A stretch of DNA of 64,000 bases from the NCBI GenBank assembly GCA_964016885.1, contig OZ024764.1, positions 12,276,001-12,340,000 of the forward strand. Direction: 5' to 3'. The notes below the pieces were generated by a model. That model was given only the letters and a program-made list of their open reading frames with translations, was not told the origin of the DNA and did no database searches. The stretch comes from Eledone cirrhosa. Lineage: Eukaryota. Each line of letters begins with the position of its first letter. Position 1 is the first letter of the stretch. The position numbers and the translations under genes are program-made. Below, in pieces: positions 1-13,729 of this stretch.

Positions 1-1125
1 CACCACCAACACCACCACCATCACCACCACTACCACCAACACCACCACCACAATCACCACCACCATTCTACCACCACCACCACCAATACCACCACCATCA
101 CCACCACTACCACCAACACCACCACCACAATCACCACCACCATTCTACCACCACCACCACCAATACCACCACTAACATCACCACCACCACCACCACCACC
201 ACCACCACCACCACCACCACCACCACCACCACCACCAACACCATCACCACCACCACAACCACCAACACCATCACAACCACCACCACCACCACCACCACCA
301 ATACCACCACCATCACCACCACTACCACCAACACCACCACCACAATCACCACCACCATTCTACCACCACCACCACCAATACCACCACTAACATCACCACC
401 ACCACCACCACCACCACCACCACCACCACCACCACCACCACCACCACCACCACCACCAACACCATCACCACCACCACAACCACCAACACCATCACAACCA
501 CCACCACCACCACCACCACCAATACCACCACCATCACCACCACTACCACCAACACCACCACCACAATCACCACCACCATTCTACCACCACCACCACCAAT
601 ACCACCACTAACACCACCACCACCACCACCACCACTACCAACACTCTACTACCATCACCATCACCACCAACACCACCACCATCACCACCACTACCACCAA
701 CACCACCACCACAATCACCACCACCATTCTACCACCACCACCACCAATACCACCACTAACATCACCACAACCAGCCAACACCAACACCACCACCACCACC
801 ACCACCACCACCACTTCCAACACTCTACTACCACCACCATCACCACCACCACCACAACCAGCCAACATCAACACCACCACCACCACCACCACCACCACCA
901 CCACCACCACAACCAGCCAACACCAACACCACCACCACCACCACCACCACTACCAACACTCTACTACCACCACCACCACAACCAGCCAACACCAACACCA
1001 CCACCACCACCACCACCACCACTACCAACACTCTACTACCACCACCACCACAACCAGCCAACACCAACACCACCACCACCACCACCACCACCACCACCAC
1101 CACCACCACCACCACCACCACCACC
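1..1125. repeat. Degenerate (ACC)n microsatellite with ~215-bp higher-order repeat
   Basis: CCA/ACC runs. Interruption motifs (caatcacc, cattctacc, ctaacatc) recur at ~215-220 bp spacing. Confidence 0.95.
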
Positions 1126-1355
1126 AGTACTATCTTCATTACAGACGTCTCCACCACTTCAGACCATTTCTACATCAAAAGACTGGAGGAGGAGGGACAT
1201 TCCATACCCCCACCCCACGCCCACACCCACCTCTACTTGACATTTTGGAAGGCGTAGAAGGAGGAGGTGGTGATACGTAGGTAGGGGGGGGGGGTTGAAG
1301 GGGAGGGGTAGAAGGATCAGGCGGTGACAAGCTAGACGGTTACAGATCTGTCTGC

Positions 1356-1851
<496 letters not shown>

Positions 1852-1856
<5 letters not shown>

Positions 1857-1920
1857 TTCCAAAAAATGTATACACACTTCAGCATTCAAATCAAAGTGTG
1901 TATACATTTTGTGGGGCCCT
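1852..1920. mobile_element. Very short Tc1/mariner-like MITE (two ~27-bp TIRs, 14-bp spacer)
   Basis: agggtttccaaaaaatgtatacacactt ... aagtgtgtatacattttgtggggccct, in a TA context. Confidence 0.6.
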
Positions 1921-2106
1921 CTTAGATATACATATATACATATATATATACACACACATATATATACATATATATATATATATGCATTTATATATATATA
2001 TTTGCATCAATACATATACACACACACACATATATTTATGTACTTGTGTGTAACTATATATACATATGTGTGTGGAGGGGTGTGTCTACATGTCCTTTTA
2101 TGGCTT

Positions 2107-2171
<65 letters not shown>

Positions 2172-2526
2172 TGTGTGTGTGTAATTTGGTGTACTCAATT
2201 TACGTGTGTCTGGCTTGACAGCCAGACAGAGAGACAAACAAATCGACAGATAGATGGATAAGTAGAGTTAGCTATAGATATCCTCTGCATGACCACTGAC
2301 CATCTTGTCAACAGAGAGAGAGAGAGAAAGAGAGAGAGGGGGGGGGCGAGGAATGGAGGATGTTATCAATTACCTCTAGCAGCCAGTTCTTGGGTCTCCA
2401 TTTCTCACTATTATAAGCAAATGTGTGTTGGAGAGACGGAGTCAGCGACAGTGGGAGTTTGGCTCCTTTTTGCTCGGATCTGGTGTATATTTATATATTG
2501 TATATATATAAATATACATATATATA

Positions 2527-2700
2527 TTTATTGTTTGACCCGAATTACTTGGTCGTTTTGTTTAACCATCATCTCAGTGTGTTTGGCCCTTAACGTATGT
2601 TGTAGCTCTGATTCATATGATTCATCGAGCGCCTGCCACACATATCGGACGTTGATTTTCGTTAATTCCTGAGCTGAAAACGATTCTCGCTAATTTATAT
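2527..2700 (-). mobile_element. TA-embedded dispersed repeat family H (other copies 6905-7112 +, 15828-16060 -, 38440-38605 +)
   Basis: Shared diverged sequence ataaattcagcgagaatcgtatttcggct...ggcaagcgctc...agagc...ggtcaaac in 4 copies, each abutting (TA)n. Confidence 0.7.
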
Positions 2701-2859
2701 TTGTATGTATATATATATATATTTATATTTATATACCGCACCACACGTTACATACCGCCAAGTAATTGTATATATCATTACTATTACAACTTAATTGAGG
2801 TTGATAAAGACATGCTATTGTGCCAGATGCACGTTAACATGTGTGAAGGGGGTGAGACA

Positions 2860-3234
2860 GGAGTTTCTGGCTGTAATGTCTACCAAAGTTGTAGTAATGT
2901 CAGTAATGTCTACCAGACACACACGCAAGCGCATGCGCAAACAGAGACAGAGACAACAATAAATAAATAAATAAATAAATAAATAATGGCGTAGGCATTA
3001 CAATACAACGGAAGGAAACATAATAGTACCACTGATGATGTCACAGATGTGTGACGAAAGAAATTTAATAGAGTATATATATATATATACATATATTTAT
3101 ATCTGTATTTTCAACCGTTTGTCAAACAATGATAGGAGTTTCTGGCTGTAATGTCTACCAAAGTTGTAGTAATGTCAGTAATGTCTACCAAACACACACG
3201 CAAGCGCATGCGCAAACAGAGACAGAGACAACGA

Positions 3235-3265
<31 letters not shown>

Positions 3266-3400
3266 ATAGATAAATAAATTAATAAAATAAAAATGGCGTA
3301 GGCATTACAATACAACGGAAGGAAACATAATAGTACCACTGATGATGTCACAGATGTGTGACGAAAGAAATTTAATAGAGTACATATACATATATTTATA
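2860..3400 (+). mobile_element. Tandem dimer of HHR family A (PLE pLTR/retrozyme-like)
   Basis: Two near-identical units starting ggagtttctggctg (2860, 3135). Each carries CTGATGA-t-gtcaca-gatg-tgtgac-GAAA (3032, 3339). Confidence 0.8.
3028..3072 (+). ncRNA. Hammerhead ribozyme motif, family A (second copy 3335-3379)
   Basis: CTGATGA core, perfect 6-bp helix II, GAAA. Helices I and III are degenerate in this copy. Confidence 0.7.
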
Positions 3401-3734
3401 TCTTAACACTATAACTAAATAAATAAATAAATAAATAATTACAGTACTCCCTCCCTCCTAAATCTCTCAATTTGTATGATGAATTATTATTATTCATCTG
3501 TTGCCTCAGCTGCCTCTCATTTTTCACCCCCTCACTATTTTTCTCTCTCCCATATCTCTCTTTATCTCTCTCTGTTTTTCTTTACATACATTTATTCCTT
3601 CTCTCTGTCTTTCTTTCTAACTGTGCTTAACACTAAATATTTACAAACATTTCACTACCAAACCAACTTTTTAAATGGAAGTTGATCAATATTTATGGTA
3701 CGTCAAATTTATTTATAAAACTGCTTATATATTG

Positions 3735-3800
3735 TATTTTATCTGAAGAAGGCATGCCATATTTTTAATATGGTATCCCTGAAATATGTATAATGAAATA
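3735..3800 (+). ncRNA. Type I hammerhead ribozyme, family B (element ~3625-3890)
   Basis: tattttat-CTGAAGA-aggcatgccatatt..aatatggtatccct-GAAA-tatgta-TA-atgaaata. Confidence 0.8.
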
Positions 3801-3896
3801 AATATGGTTTTATAAATATAGTTTCCATTTATTTAATATCGTATATTTATATCTGTATTTTCAACCGTTTGTCAATCAATGGTAAACATTGATTGC

Positions 3897-3975
3897 CAGA
3901 TAAAGTAACTATGGAGATATAAAAGATACAGTTTTCGCTTCTGTGTCTTTTATATCTCCATAGTTAATTTATCTC
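3897..3975. repeat. Inverted duplication of a family-A-related fragment
   Basis: agataaagtaactatggagatataaaagatacag / ctgtgtcttttatatctccatagttaatttatct. Related to 37060-37095 and 41565-41610. Confidence 0.75.
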
Positions 3976-4072
3976 TGTGTGGTAGGCCATATGAGCACTC
4001 GATGCCCTCATAGTGCAGAGTATGATATCACAGGAAAAAGAGAATCAGTGTTGCGACGAAAAGAATTTATTG

Positions 4073-4167
4073 GACATATTACAATTGTTTCTCGGGCGAC
4101 CAGCTCGAGGCACGATCGATATGGTGATCAAACCTGACTCTGAAATCGCGCGGTCCTCGGATACGTC
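4073..4167 (-). ncRNA. Hammerhead-like motif with ~62-nt domain II, family I (element ~3977-4190)
   Basis: Minus strand gacgtat-CCGAGGA-[62 nt]-GAAA-caattg-TA-atatgtc. Homologs at 14794 and 42245. Confidence 0.6.
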
Positions 4168-4187
4168 TCGATTCTACGAAGCAGATT

Positions 4188-4552
<365 letters not shown>

Positions 4553-4554
<2 letters not shown>

Positions 4555-4755
4555 AACAAGTAAGACCCCGACGGCTGAGCTCAAGCCGTTTCGACGGCTA
4601 ATTCTGGACATAATGCGTCCAGAATTAGCCGTCGAAACGGCTTGAGCTCAGCCGTCGGGGTCTTACTGGTTCCTATTACCCACTCTACTACCCCAAGTAT
4701 TGAGTACTTTGGTGCGTTACGGTCCACCTGGTTCCTTACCACATTTCCTTCGTTA
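4553..4755. mobile_element. Family C TA-embedded element with inverted arm (also 5311-5488, 7160-7500, 13218-13395, 31320-31515; fragment ~12220-12265)
   Basis: gtccagaattagccgtcgaaacggcttgagctc.gccgtcggggt...ttacccactctactacc...catttccttcgtt plus a locally inverted copy of the first ~50-60 bp. Confidence 0.85.
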
Positions 4756-4930
4756 TATATATATATATATTGTTATACTTTGGGAGAGTCATGTTGCCAA
4801 TAAGAAACACACGCACCAGTTGCTTTCACTTCAATTTATTATTATAATAAATTTATAATAAATTTATAAATTTATAAATTTCTGGTTGGTTGGTTGGTTG
4901 GTTCCACAACCAGATAGTTGTTTATATATT

Positions 4931-4972
4931 GTCATAGTTCTTTCGTCACACACTCTGTGACCTCTTCAGTGA
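4931..4972 (-). ncRNA. Hammerhead ribozyme, family A (element 4770-4972)
   Basis: Minus strand tca-CTGAAGA-g-gtcaca-gagtg-tgtgac-GAAA-gaac-TA-tgac. Confidence 0.75.
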
Positions 4973-5021
4973 TATATATATATGTAAGAATATTTTCGAA
5001 ACAGCGAGTGGATTTGAAATA

Positions 5022-5241
5022 ATTAGAAATGTTAGCTGTCGCCGTATTTTGACTAAAGAAATTAAAGAAATTATTTAGCCTGATAGTGGGGTTAAGAATC
5101 CTCGGAGAAATGGAAAAAGATGAGTATTGACGTCAATACTCATCGTTTTCCATTTCTCCGAGGGTTCTTAATCCCACTATCAGGCTAAATAATTTCTTTA
5201 ATTTCTTTAGTCAAAATACGGTGACAGCTAACATTTCTAAT
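5022..5241. repeat. Near-perfect 220-bp palindrome centred on gacgtc
   Basis: 110-bp arms with no spacer and few mismatches, between (TA)n tracts. Confidence 0.9.
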
Positions 5242-5242
5242 A

Positions 5243-5312
<70 letters not shown>

Positions 5313-5486
5313 AACCAGTAAGACCCCGACGGCTGAGCTCAAGCCGTTTCGTCCAGAATTAGCCGTCGAAACGGCTTGAGCTCAGCCGTCGGGGTCTTCC
5401 AGGTTCCTATTACCCACTCTACTACCCCAAGTATTGAGTACTTTGGTGCGTTATGGTCCACCTGGTTCCTTACCACATTTCCTTCG

Positions 5487-5520
<34 letters not shown>

Positions 5521-5522
<2 letters not shown>

Positions 5523-5785
5523 TCATCATCGTCATCATCATCACTCGTCGACTACTGTCGGGATGACGGATCTCACTCTCATGCCCCAGAATTCCCTGTC
5601 CCCCATCGCTGCCCCCAGGTCCTGTCTACCGATTCCCGTATCCCTAGAGATAACGTCAGGGAATGACAGCTTCCTACTCCTAGTCAGGCTGGAGTCAGGG
5701 TTCCAGAGCAAGAGAGCGGATATGATTTCATTGCTGGCACGGTGACAGTGGCCAGCAAACTGAGCTCTCCGGGATTTTAGAAGGG
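5521..5785 (-). mobile_element. RTE-clade LINE 3' fragment with (TGA)n tail
   Basis: Translates LLKSRRAQFAGHCHRASNEIISALLLWNPD..RSRKLSFPDVISRDTG..AMGDREFW..VVDE*, a typical RTE ORF C-terminus. Confidence 0.85.
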
Positions 5786-5927
5786 CATATATAACAAAAT
5801 AAGATGGTGAGGTTACATATATCGTTTAATCACAATAATTATTTCAACGGTTCTCCATGCAATCGAGATGTCCTTCATGGATTTGCTGTTGATTATATAT
5901 ATATATATACTGTATATTTATTTTATT

Positions 5928-5968
<41 letters not shown>

Positions 5969-6243
5969 ATATATATAAAAGTTTACATATATATATACAT
6001 ACATATACGTATACGTGTTTTGCAACTGGTCACTTTGTGGCTCAATGAAAAATTAATAAATTAAACAATCAGAGCTATATATCATAAAACATGTCTATAG
6101 AATCACAAGATAAAATATATACTATTTCCTCTATATATATATATAAATGAAAGGTATAGAAAACATTGTAGCAAAAAGCGAACAGTATTCCATAATATAT
6201 ATATACAGTTGAAAATTGCAAACTTGACTGTCACCACACATTA

Positions 6244-6282
6244 TGAACCTGAAGATTGCGAAAGCATGAAAGTACTTGTTCA
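6244..6282 (+). ncRNA. Minimal type I hammerhead ribozyme, family J
   Basis: tgaac-CTGAAGA-ttgc-gaaa-gcat-GAAA-gtac-TT-gttca: 5-bp helix I, GNRA-capped helix II, palindromic helix III. Confidence 0.85.
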
Positions 6283-6449
6283 ATTAACACTTAACATTTA
6301 ATATTCTATCATACTATTTCATTATAATACCATTATAAATTTTAAAGGATTGTAAATAAAACGAGTAAATCAGACAAAGTTGGAATTCCTCTTATTAATA
6401 TAATCTTCTATACACAATCATACACACCCGTGTATATTTATCTATCTAT

Positions 6450-6882
6450 AGACACCTTTCTCTATGGCCAACAACTGGTCCGTTTCTTCCGATATCATTT
6501 CGGAAGAAGGATCAGGATGGAGAGAGAGGTGCTGCACCCCAGCCGTTTCTATGAAAGATGGGTGAAAGTGGCGAGAATGGCCCGTGTGAATGGGCCTTCA
6601 CTCTACATCAGACTATAGGTGAGGAAGATGAAAGACCAAGGGAGCACCCCTTCTCTGTGCTCCTGAGGAGAAGGGTTGCACACTTTTTTCGGGGGGGGGG
6701 GTGCGACCCCCCAAGGCGCCTCCTCTCAATTGAGGACTTTGTTATAAATTTTATTTTTGTTATATTTTATTTTATTTTTATATATTGTTATTGCCTCCTC
6801 CTTATTGAAGACGCTTTGTTTTGTAAACTCCCCCCATTGTACTTGTCCCACTTTTGATGCCCTGGTGGCAAATAAAAGAAAC
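6450..6882 (+). mobile_element. L1/Tx1-like LINE 3' fragment (diverged subfamily)
   Basis: Homologous to 8895-9303. Starts after tatc repeats and ends aataaaagaaa(ca)tatc. Confidence 0.8.
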
Positions 6883-7124
6883 ATATCTATATATATATAT
6901 ATATATAAATTCAGCGAGAATCGTATTTCGGCTGGTAGAAAAAGCGAAACGAATTGCAAAATCGTAGAAATGCTGGCAAGCGCTCCAATAGTTATGAAAA
7001 ACTAGAGCTAAACAATATGTTAAAACGCCATACAGACTGAAAAGTGGTCAAGAAGGCATTAACCACCTAAGCCAAAAAACAAATCAAGCTAAACAGGTCA
7101 AACAAAATAAATATATATATATAA

Positions 7125-7161
<37 letters not shown>

Positions 7162-7497
7162 AACCAGTAAGACCCCGACGGCTGAGCTCAAGCCGTTTCG
7201 ACGGCTAAGTCTGGACTGAATTCTGGACAGAATTAGCCGTCGAAGCGGCTTGAGCTCAGCCGTCGGGGTCTTACTGGTTCCTATTACCTATTACTGGTTC
7301 CTATATAACGAAGGAAATGTGGTAAGGAACCAGGTGGACCATAACGCACCAGAGTACTCAATACTTAGGGTAGTAGAGTGGGTGATAGGAAAAGGTATGA
7401 CCCCGACGGCAGAGTTCAAGCCGTTTCGACGGTTATTTCAGTCCAGAAATAGCCGTCGAAACGGCTTGAGCTCTGCCGTCGGGGTCATACCTTTTCC

Positions 7498-7552
<55 letters not shown>

Positions 7553-7916
7553 TGTTCTTCTGCTCGAAAAAGCAATAGAAACATAGCTTCCTGGGTCCGA
7601 TCCGGCTATCGACTTTTTGTCTTTCGTTGAAGCCCGAGGCTAAATCACTTCGCTCCGTTAATGCAAACGTGATTTTAATTTCTTCACGTATCACTACTCA
7701 AAACTCCTTTAATACGCCGCCATTGCTAGACTGGGACTGCCACCACACAGCCTCACTTCACACACCACCACACCACAACTGCATCTACGCCTCCACACTT
7801 TAAACAACCCCACAAATTCAGGAAATACAGACTACTGGGAGTAGGAATTATTTCAAATTGTCTAAAATATGTTTTCCATCAATGGTGGTTTATCTATCTG
7901 TCTATCTATCTATCTA

Positions 7917-8457
7917 CGAAGGAGAGGCGGTTTTCCTTTGTGTGATAGCTATGGCGAAAGAGGTTGTATGGTGGACAAGGTTGAAAGGGCTGAGGTCAGA
8001 CACCTTTCTCTCCGGCCAACAACTGATTCTTTTTTTCAAATACCACTTTGGAAGAAGAATCAGGATGGAGAGAGAGGTGCTGTACCCCAGCAAGTTTTAT
8101 GAAAGGTGGGTGAAAGTGGCGAGAATGGCCCGAGTGAATGGGCCTTCTCTCTATATCAGCCTGTAGGTTGAGGAAAAGGAGGAGGAGAGGAAAGGAGTAC
8201 AAGCTCTTCGTACTCCTGGAGATGAGGGTTGCACATTTTTTTTCGGGGGTATGTGTTACCCATATAAACTGTCTCCCTCTATTGGGGAAAATCGACTAAC
8301 TTTTTAAATTCCATTTGTGATAACATTTTACACGTTTTTATTGTATGTAAACTTCCCCCTTTGTATTTGTCCCCTTCTTTTGTGCCCCTGTGGCTAATAA
8401 AGAAATATATCTATCTGTCTGTCTATCTATCTATCTATCTATCTACTTATCTATCTA

Positions 8458-8544
<87 letters not shown>

Positions 8545-9312
8545 CGGGACCGATGGACAACTTCCAAAAGTCCCTGGCCTGGCAGTGCTACCGAGGAGCT
8601 CTACCAATTCGAGACAAGCTCTACAGACATGGGCGCCCGGACAGGGACCCTGCAAAAAAGATCTGTCCGAGGTGCGTGCGAGACGAAGAAACCGTCGCGC
8701 ACGCATTCATACACTGCCCGGGCGTCACTGACCTGTGGGGCTATGTAGAACGACTATTGTCGCGGGTGGGACCAATCCGGTTGACCACCGAGTCCATTGT
8801 CATGATCAAACCGCCACCCTCCTTCAAAAACGAAGGAGAGGCGGTTTTCCTTTGTGTGATAGCTATGGCGGAAGAGGTTGAAAGGGCTGAGGTCAGACAC
8901 CTTTCTCTCCGGCCAACAACTGATTCTTTTTTTTCAAATACCACTTTGGAAGAAGAGTCAGGGTGGAGAGAGAGGTGCTTTACCCCAGCAAGTTTTATGA
9001 AAGGTGGGTGAAAGTGGCGAGAATGGCCCGAGTGAATGGGCCTTCTCTCTATATCAGCCTGTAGGTTGAGGAAAAGGAAGAGGAGAGGAAAGGAGTACAA
9101 GCTCTTCGTACTCCTGGAGATGAGGGTTGCACATTTTTTTTCGGGGGTATGTGTTACCCATATAAACTGTCTCCCTCTATTGGGGAAAATCGACTAATTT
9201 TTTAAATTCCATTTGTGATAACATTTTACACGTTTTTATTGTATGTAAACTTCCCCCTTTGTATTTGTCCCCTTCTTTTGTGCCCCTGTGGCTAATAAAG
9301 AAATATATCTAA

Positions 9313-9351
<39 letters not shown>

Positions 9352-9367
9352 CTTATCTATCTATATC

Positions 9368-9429
<62 letters not shown>

Positions 9430-9705
9430 GAATGGCCCGAGTGAATGGGCCTTCTCTCTATATCAGCCTGTAGGTTGAGGAAAAGGAGGAGGAGAGGAAA
9501 GAAGTACAAACTCTTCGTACTCCTGGAGATGAGGGTTGCACATATTTTCGGGGTGTGTACAACCCCTGTGTAACACCTCCCCCCTATTGGGGATTTCAAT
9601 TGTTATTTGTTGTTTTATTAATAGTTTTATTTTCATATACCTGTATGTAAACTCCCCATTTGTATTTGTCCCCTTCTTTTGTGCCCTTGTGGCTAATAAA
9701 GAAAT
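7917..9705 (+). mobile_element. Head-to-tail array of three 5'-truncated L1/Tx1-like LINE copies (7917-8405, 8544-9303, 9428-9705) separated by (TATC)n
   Basis: ORF2 C-terminal zinc knuckle (LAWQCYRGALPIRDKL..CPRC..EETVAHAFIHC). Shared 3' UTR ending aataaagaaa. Different 5' truncation points. Confidence 0.88.
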
Positions 9706-9720
9706 ATATCTATCTATCTA

Positions 9721-9752
<32 letters not shown>

Positions 9753-9890
9753 CCTGCCTGCCCCCCCCCTCTCTCTATCTCTCTCTCTTTCTCTCTCTAA
9801 GCATATGTACATATCCAGGAAGCTCCAACCGTTAAGGTTGTCTTTTTTCAGGGTATGTCAATATTTATTTATAAAACTAATTCTGTATTG

Positions 9891-9956
9891 TATTTAATCT
9901 GATGAAAGCGCACCATAATTTGCCTTGGTGGCCCTTGAAATATGTATAATAAAATA
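9891..9956 (+). ncRNA. Hammerhead ribozyme, family B (element ~9812-10092)
   Basis: CTGATGA-aagcgcacca..tggtggccctt-GAAA-tatgta-TA-ataaaata. Confidence 0.78.
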
Positions 9957-10102
9957 AATATGGTTTTATAAATATAGTTTCCATTTGTTAATATATTGTA
10001 TATTTACTCCACTAAACTGTTGAGTGCTTTATATCAGTTATAAAATTTGTTTAAGCTTGTTGAATCCCAACAAATTAAATATAACCTCTGCATATATATA
10101 TA

Positions 10103-10163
<61 letters not shown>

Positions 10164-10217
10164 TGTTTATATATATATATATATTTATTGTTTATATATA
10201 TATATGTACATATGCTT

Positions 10218-10250
<33 letters not shown>

Positions 10251-10297
10251 TGTATGTGTAATATTTGTTGCAGTACCAGTTTTTGGTGGTGACGGCC

Positions 10298-10308
10298 GTA
10301 GTAGTAGC

Positions 10309-10384
<76 letters not shown>

Positions 10385-10424
10385 TAGTGGTAGTAGTAGT
10401 AGCAGTTGTAGTAGTAGTAGTAGC

Positions 10425-10461
<37 letters not shown>

Positions 10462-10540
10462 CCAGTGTAGTAGCAGTAGTAGTGGTAGTAGTAGTAGCAG
10501 TGGTAGTAGTAGTAGCAGTAGTGGTGGTGGCAGCAGCCGC

Positions 10541-10571
<31 letters not shown>

Positions 10572-10599
10572 ATAGTATTATTATTATTATTATTATTAT

Positions 10600-10647
<48 letters not shown>

Positions 10648-10693
10648 TAGTAGTAACAGTGGTAGTAGCAGTAGTGGTGGTGGCAGCAGCCGC

Positions 10694-10727
<34 letters not shown>

Positions 10728-10835
10728 TTTGGTGTCGTTTACAAAATGGTTGACTTCACAGAATCTGAAGAAATTCCAGTCATTTATCGCTTTCCATACC
10801 AATTGTTTTCTAGTATCACTGTCTACTACCACCGT

Positions 10836-10912
<77 letters not shown>

Positions 10913-10916
10913 CTAT

Positions 10917-10981
<65 letters not shown>

Positions 10982-11004
10982 TTACCACTACCACCACCAC
11001 CACC

Positions 11005-11102
<98 letters not shown>

Positions 11103-11480
11103 CACTACTACTACAACCAATACTACTACTACTACCACCACTACTACTACCACTACCACTATTACTACCACCACTACTTCTACTACTACTACTACCACCA
11201 CTACTTTTACTACTACCACCACCACCACCACTACTACTACAACTACAACCAATACTACTACTACCACCACTACTACCACTACTACTACCACCACTACTAC
11301 TACTACCACTACTACTACCACCACTACTTCTACTACTACCACCACCACCACCACTACTACTACTACCACCACCACCACTACTACCACCACCACCACCACT
11401 ACTACTACTACCGCCACTACTACTACTACCACCACTACTACCACTACTACTACCACCACTACTACTACTACCACCACCAC
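10298..11480. repeat. (TAG)n and (CTA/CCA)n tracts flanking a ~95-bp unique island
   Basis: Direct reading. Confidence 0.95.
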
Positions 11481-12022
11481 TCGACAACTCTTTTGATCGT
11501 TCACCGTTTTAATTATCCATTTCCGCGTATCTCTTTCCTGGTATTCATACCACACCACACCACACCACACCACTACACCACACCACTACACCGCCGTTAC
11601 TACCACACCACCACACACCACCATTACTACCACCACGCCACACCGCCACACTACTACCACACCACACCACCACGCCACACCGCCACACTACTACCACACC
11701 ACACCACCACGCCACACCGCCACACTACTACCACACCACACCACTACACCACACCACCACACCTCACCACTACACCACACCACACCACCACACCACTACA
11801 CCACACCACCACACCACACCACACCTCACCACACCACTACACCACACCTCACCACACCACTACACCTCACCACACCACTACACCACACCACACCACACCA
11901 CTACACCACACCTCACCACACCACTACACCACACCTCACCACTACACCACACCACACCAACCACCCGTATCCCACCTAGTTACCATTCCACACACTTTAC
12001 CCATAGCGCATCTTTCCTACGT

Positions 12023-12067
<45 letters not shown>

Positions 12068-12263
12068 GAGAGAGACAGAGAGAGAAAATGAAAGAGAATG
12101 GATGAGAGTGAAAGGGGGAGGGGGTATGAAAGGGAGACGGTGAAAGAGAAAGAAAGAGAGTGAGAGAGAGAGAGAAAATGAGAATGACGTAGGGTTGCCT
12201 ACATATATAAAAAAAAGTGTGGACCCAACGGTTGAGCTCCAGCCGTATCGACATCTAGATCCG

Positions 12264-12316
<53 letters not shown>

Positions 12317-12459
12317 GATATTAACCAAAACTTGTCGAGTGCTTTATATCAGTTATAAAATATTTACTGGTTGTAACCCAACAATTTTAAATAAAACTTT
12401 TGCATATATATATATATATATATATACGTACATATATATATATGTGTGCATGTATGTAT

Positions 12460-13028
12460 ATATATATACATACTACTGTACTTCTGTATACATATAAGCA
12501 TGTACGTATACATACATACATACTTATATTTAGTTATCAGCCGTACTAAGAGTGAGAAATGAAATTTCATTTGATTCTTTTCCACTTGTCGTGTTCGGTG
12601 CGCCCGGCCGACTAACTCACTCGATATGCAAATTAGGCTGCTCAGCCGTTAATATGCATAAGGAAAGTATATACTTTCAGACGTTCAATCATCTGGCAGG
12701 AAGGTATGCGATGCTGACGATAGCTAATAAGCTTGAAACTAGTACATCGTTCCTGTGTCAGTGTTGAACAAAAAGATGACGTGGTTGCCTGAACACTGTA
12801 CGGCGTAATTCGGGCTGTTTGTTTACAAACAAACCGAACATTATAATAAATGTTCGGTAAACCCATACGTACATATATGTATGTTTGCATGTATGTATAT
12901 ATATACATATATACATACTACTGTACGTCTGTATACATATATATATGTACGTATACATACATGCTTGCATTTAAGTACTAAACCGTACTAAGAGTGAGAA
13001 ATGAAATTTCGTTTCATTCTTTTCCATT
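12460..13028 (+). mobile_element. ~445-bp HHR-bearing unit with ~120-bp terminal direct repeat
   Basis: catactactgtac..ccgtactaagagtgagaaatgaaatttc..attcttttcca occurs at both ends, with the HHR in the middle. Confidence 0.7.
12708..12750 (+). ncRNA. Canonical minimal type I hammerhead ribozyme
   Basis: gcgatg-CTGACGA-tagct-aata-agctt-GAAA-ctag-TA-catcgt: full core, GUA triplet, palindromic CTAG. Confidence 0.9.
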
Positions 13029-13113
13029 TATATATATATATATATATCCAGGAAAAACTTGAACCGTTAAGATCTCATTCCTGGATATGTCAATATTTAT
13101 AAAACAAACTTTG

Positions 13114-13174
13114 TATTTTATCTGATGAGAGCGTACCAAAGTTTTGGTACCCTTGAAATATATATAATAGAATA
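13114..13174 (+). ncRNA. Hammerhead ribozyme, family B
   Basis: tattttat-CTGATGA-gagcgtaccaa-agtt-ttggtaccctt-GAAA-tatata-TA-atagaata. Confidence 0.8.
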
Positions 13175-13581
13175 AATATGGTTTTATAAAGATACTTTCC
13201 ATTTATTAATATATATATAGGAAAATGGTCCAGACACCGGCGGCAGAGCTGAAGCCGTATCGACGGCTATTTCTGGACTTGAGCTCTGTCGTCAGGGTCT
13301 TGAACATATTCCTATTACCCACTCTACTACCCTAAGTATTGAGTACTCTGGTGCGTTATGGTTCACCTGATTCCTTACCTCACTTCCTTCGTTTTATATA
13401 TATATATAGAGATGTATTTTAATTATGTCTCATATAAAATAATACAACTGGCTATCCGCAAAATACGTATAGTTAGCACCCCAAACGTATAATTGGGATT
13501 ATACTTTGGTATATCCTAATGTTTGTTGAGTGAGACGGAAGCCGGTCGGAGTATTGCTTAAAGCTTTCTCTGTTAATGTAT

Positions 13582-13631
<50 letters not shown>

Positions 13632-13729
13632 TAAAGGCTTTGAACATAGCTTTGATTCTTGTGAATTCTATATATATATATATATATATAGAATTCACAA
13701 GAATCAAAGCTATGTTCAAAGCCTTTATT

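Noticed and set aside
1145-1280. Plus-strand exon (also 27567-27770 plus and 29826-29881 minus)
   Set aside because: Plausible splice acceptors only. No recognisable protein and no consistent exon chain.
4553-4755. Complete hammerhead in family C
   Set aside because: Only gccgtcGAAAcggctt is present. No CUGAnGA or convincing helix III is visible in any of five copies.
8361-9011. 216-aa ORF as a host zinc-finger gene
   Set aside because: Its N-terminus is translated (TATC)n and the rest is a truncated, frameshifted LINE ORF2 end
13510-13555. Degenerate HHR-like strings (also 5835-5885 minus, 38573-38600)
   Set aside because: Multiple core mismatches; cannot be separated from chance
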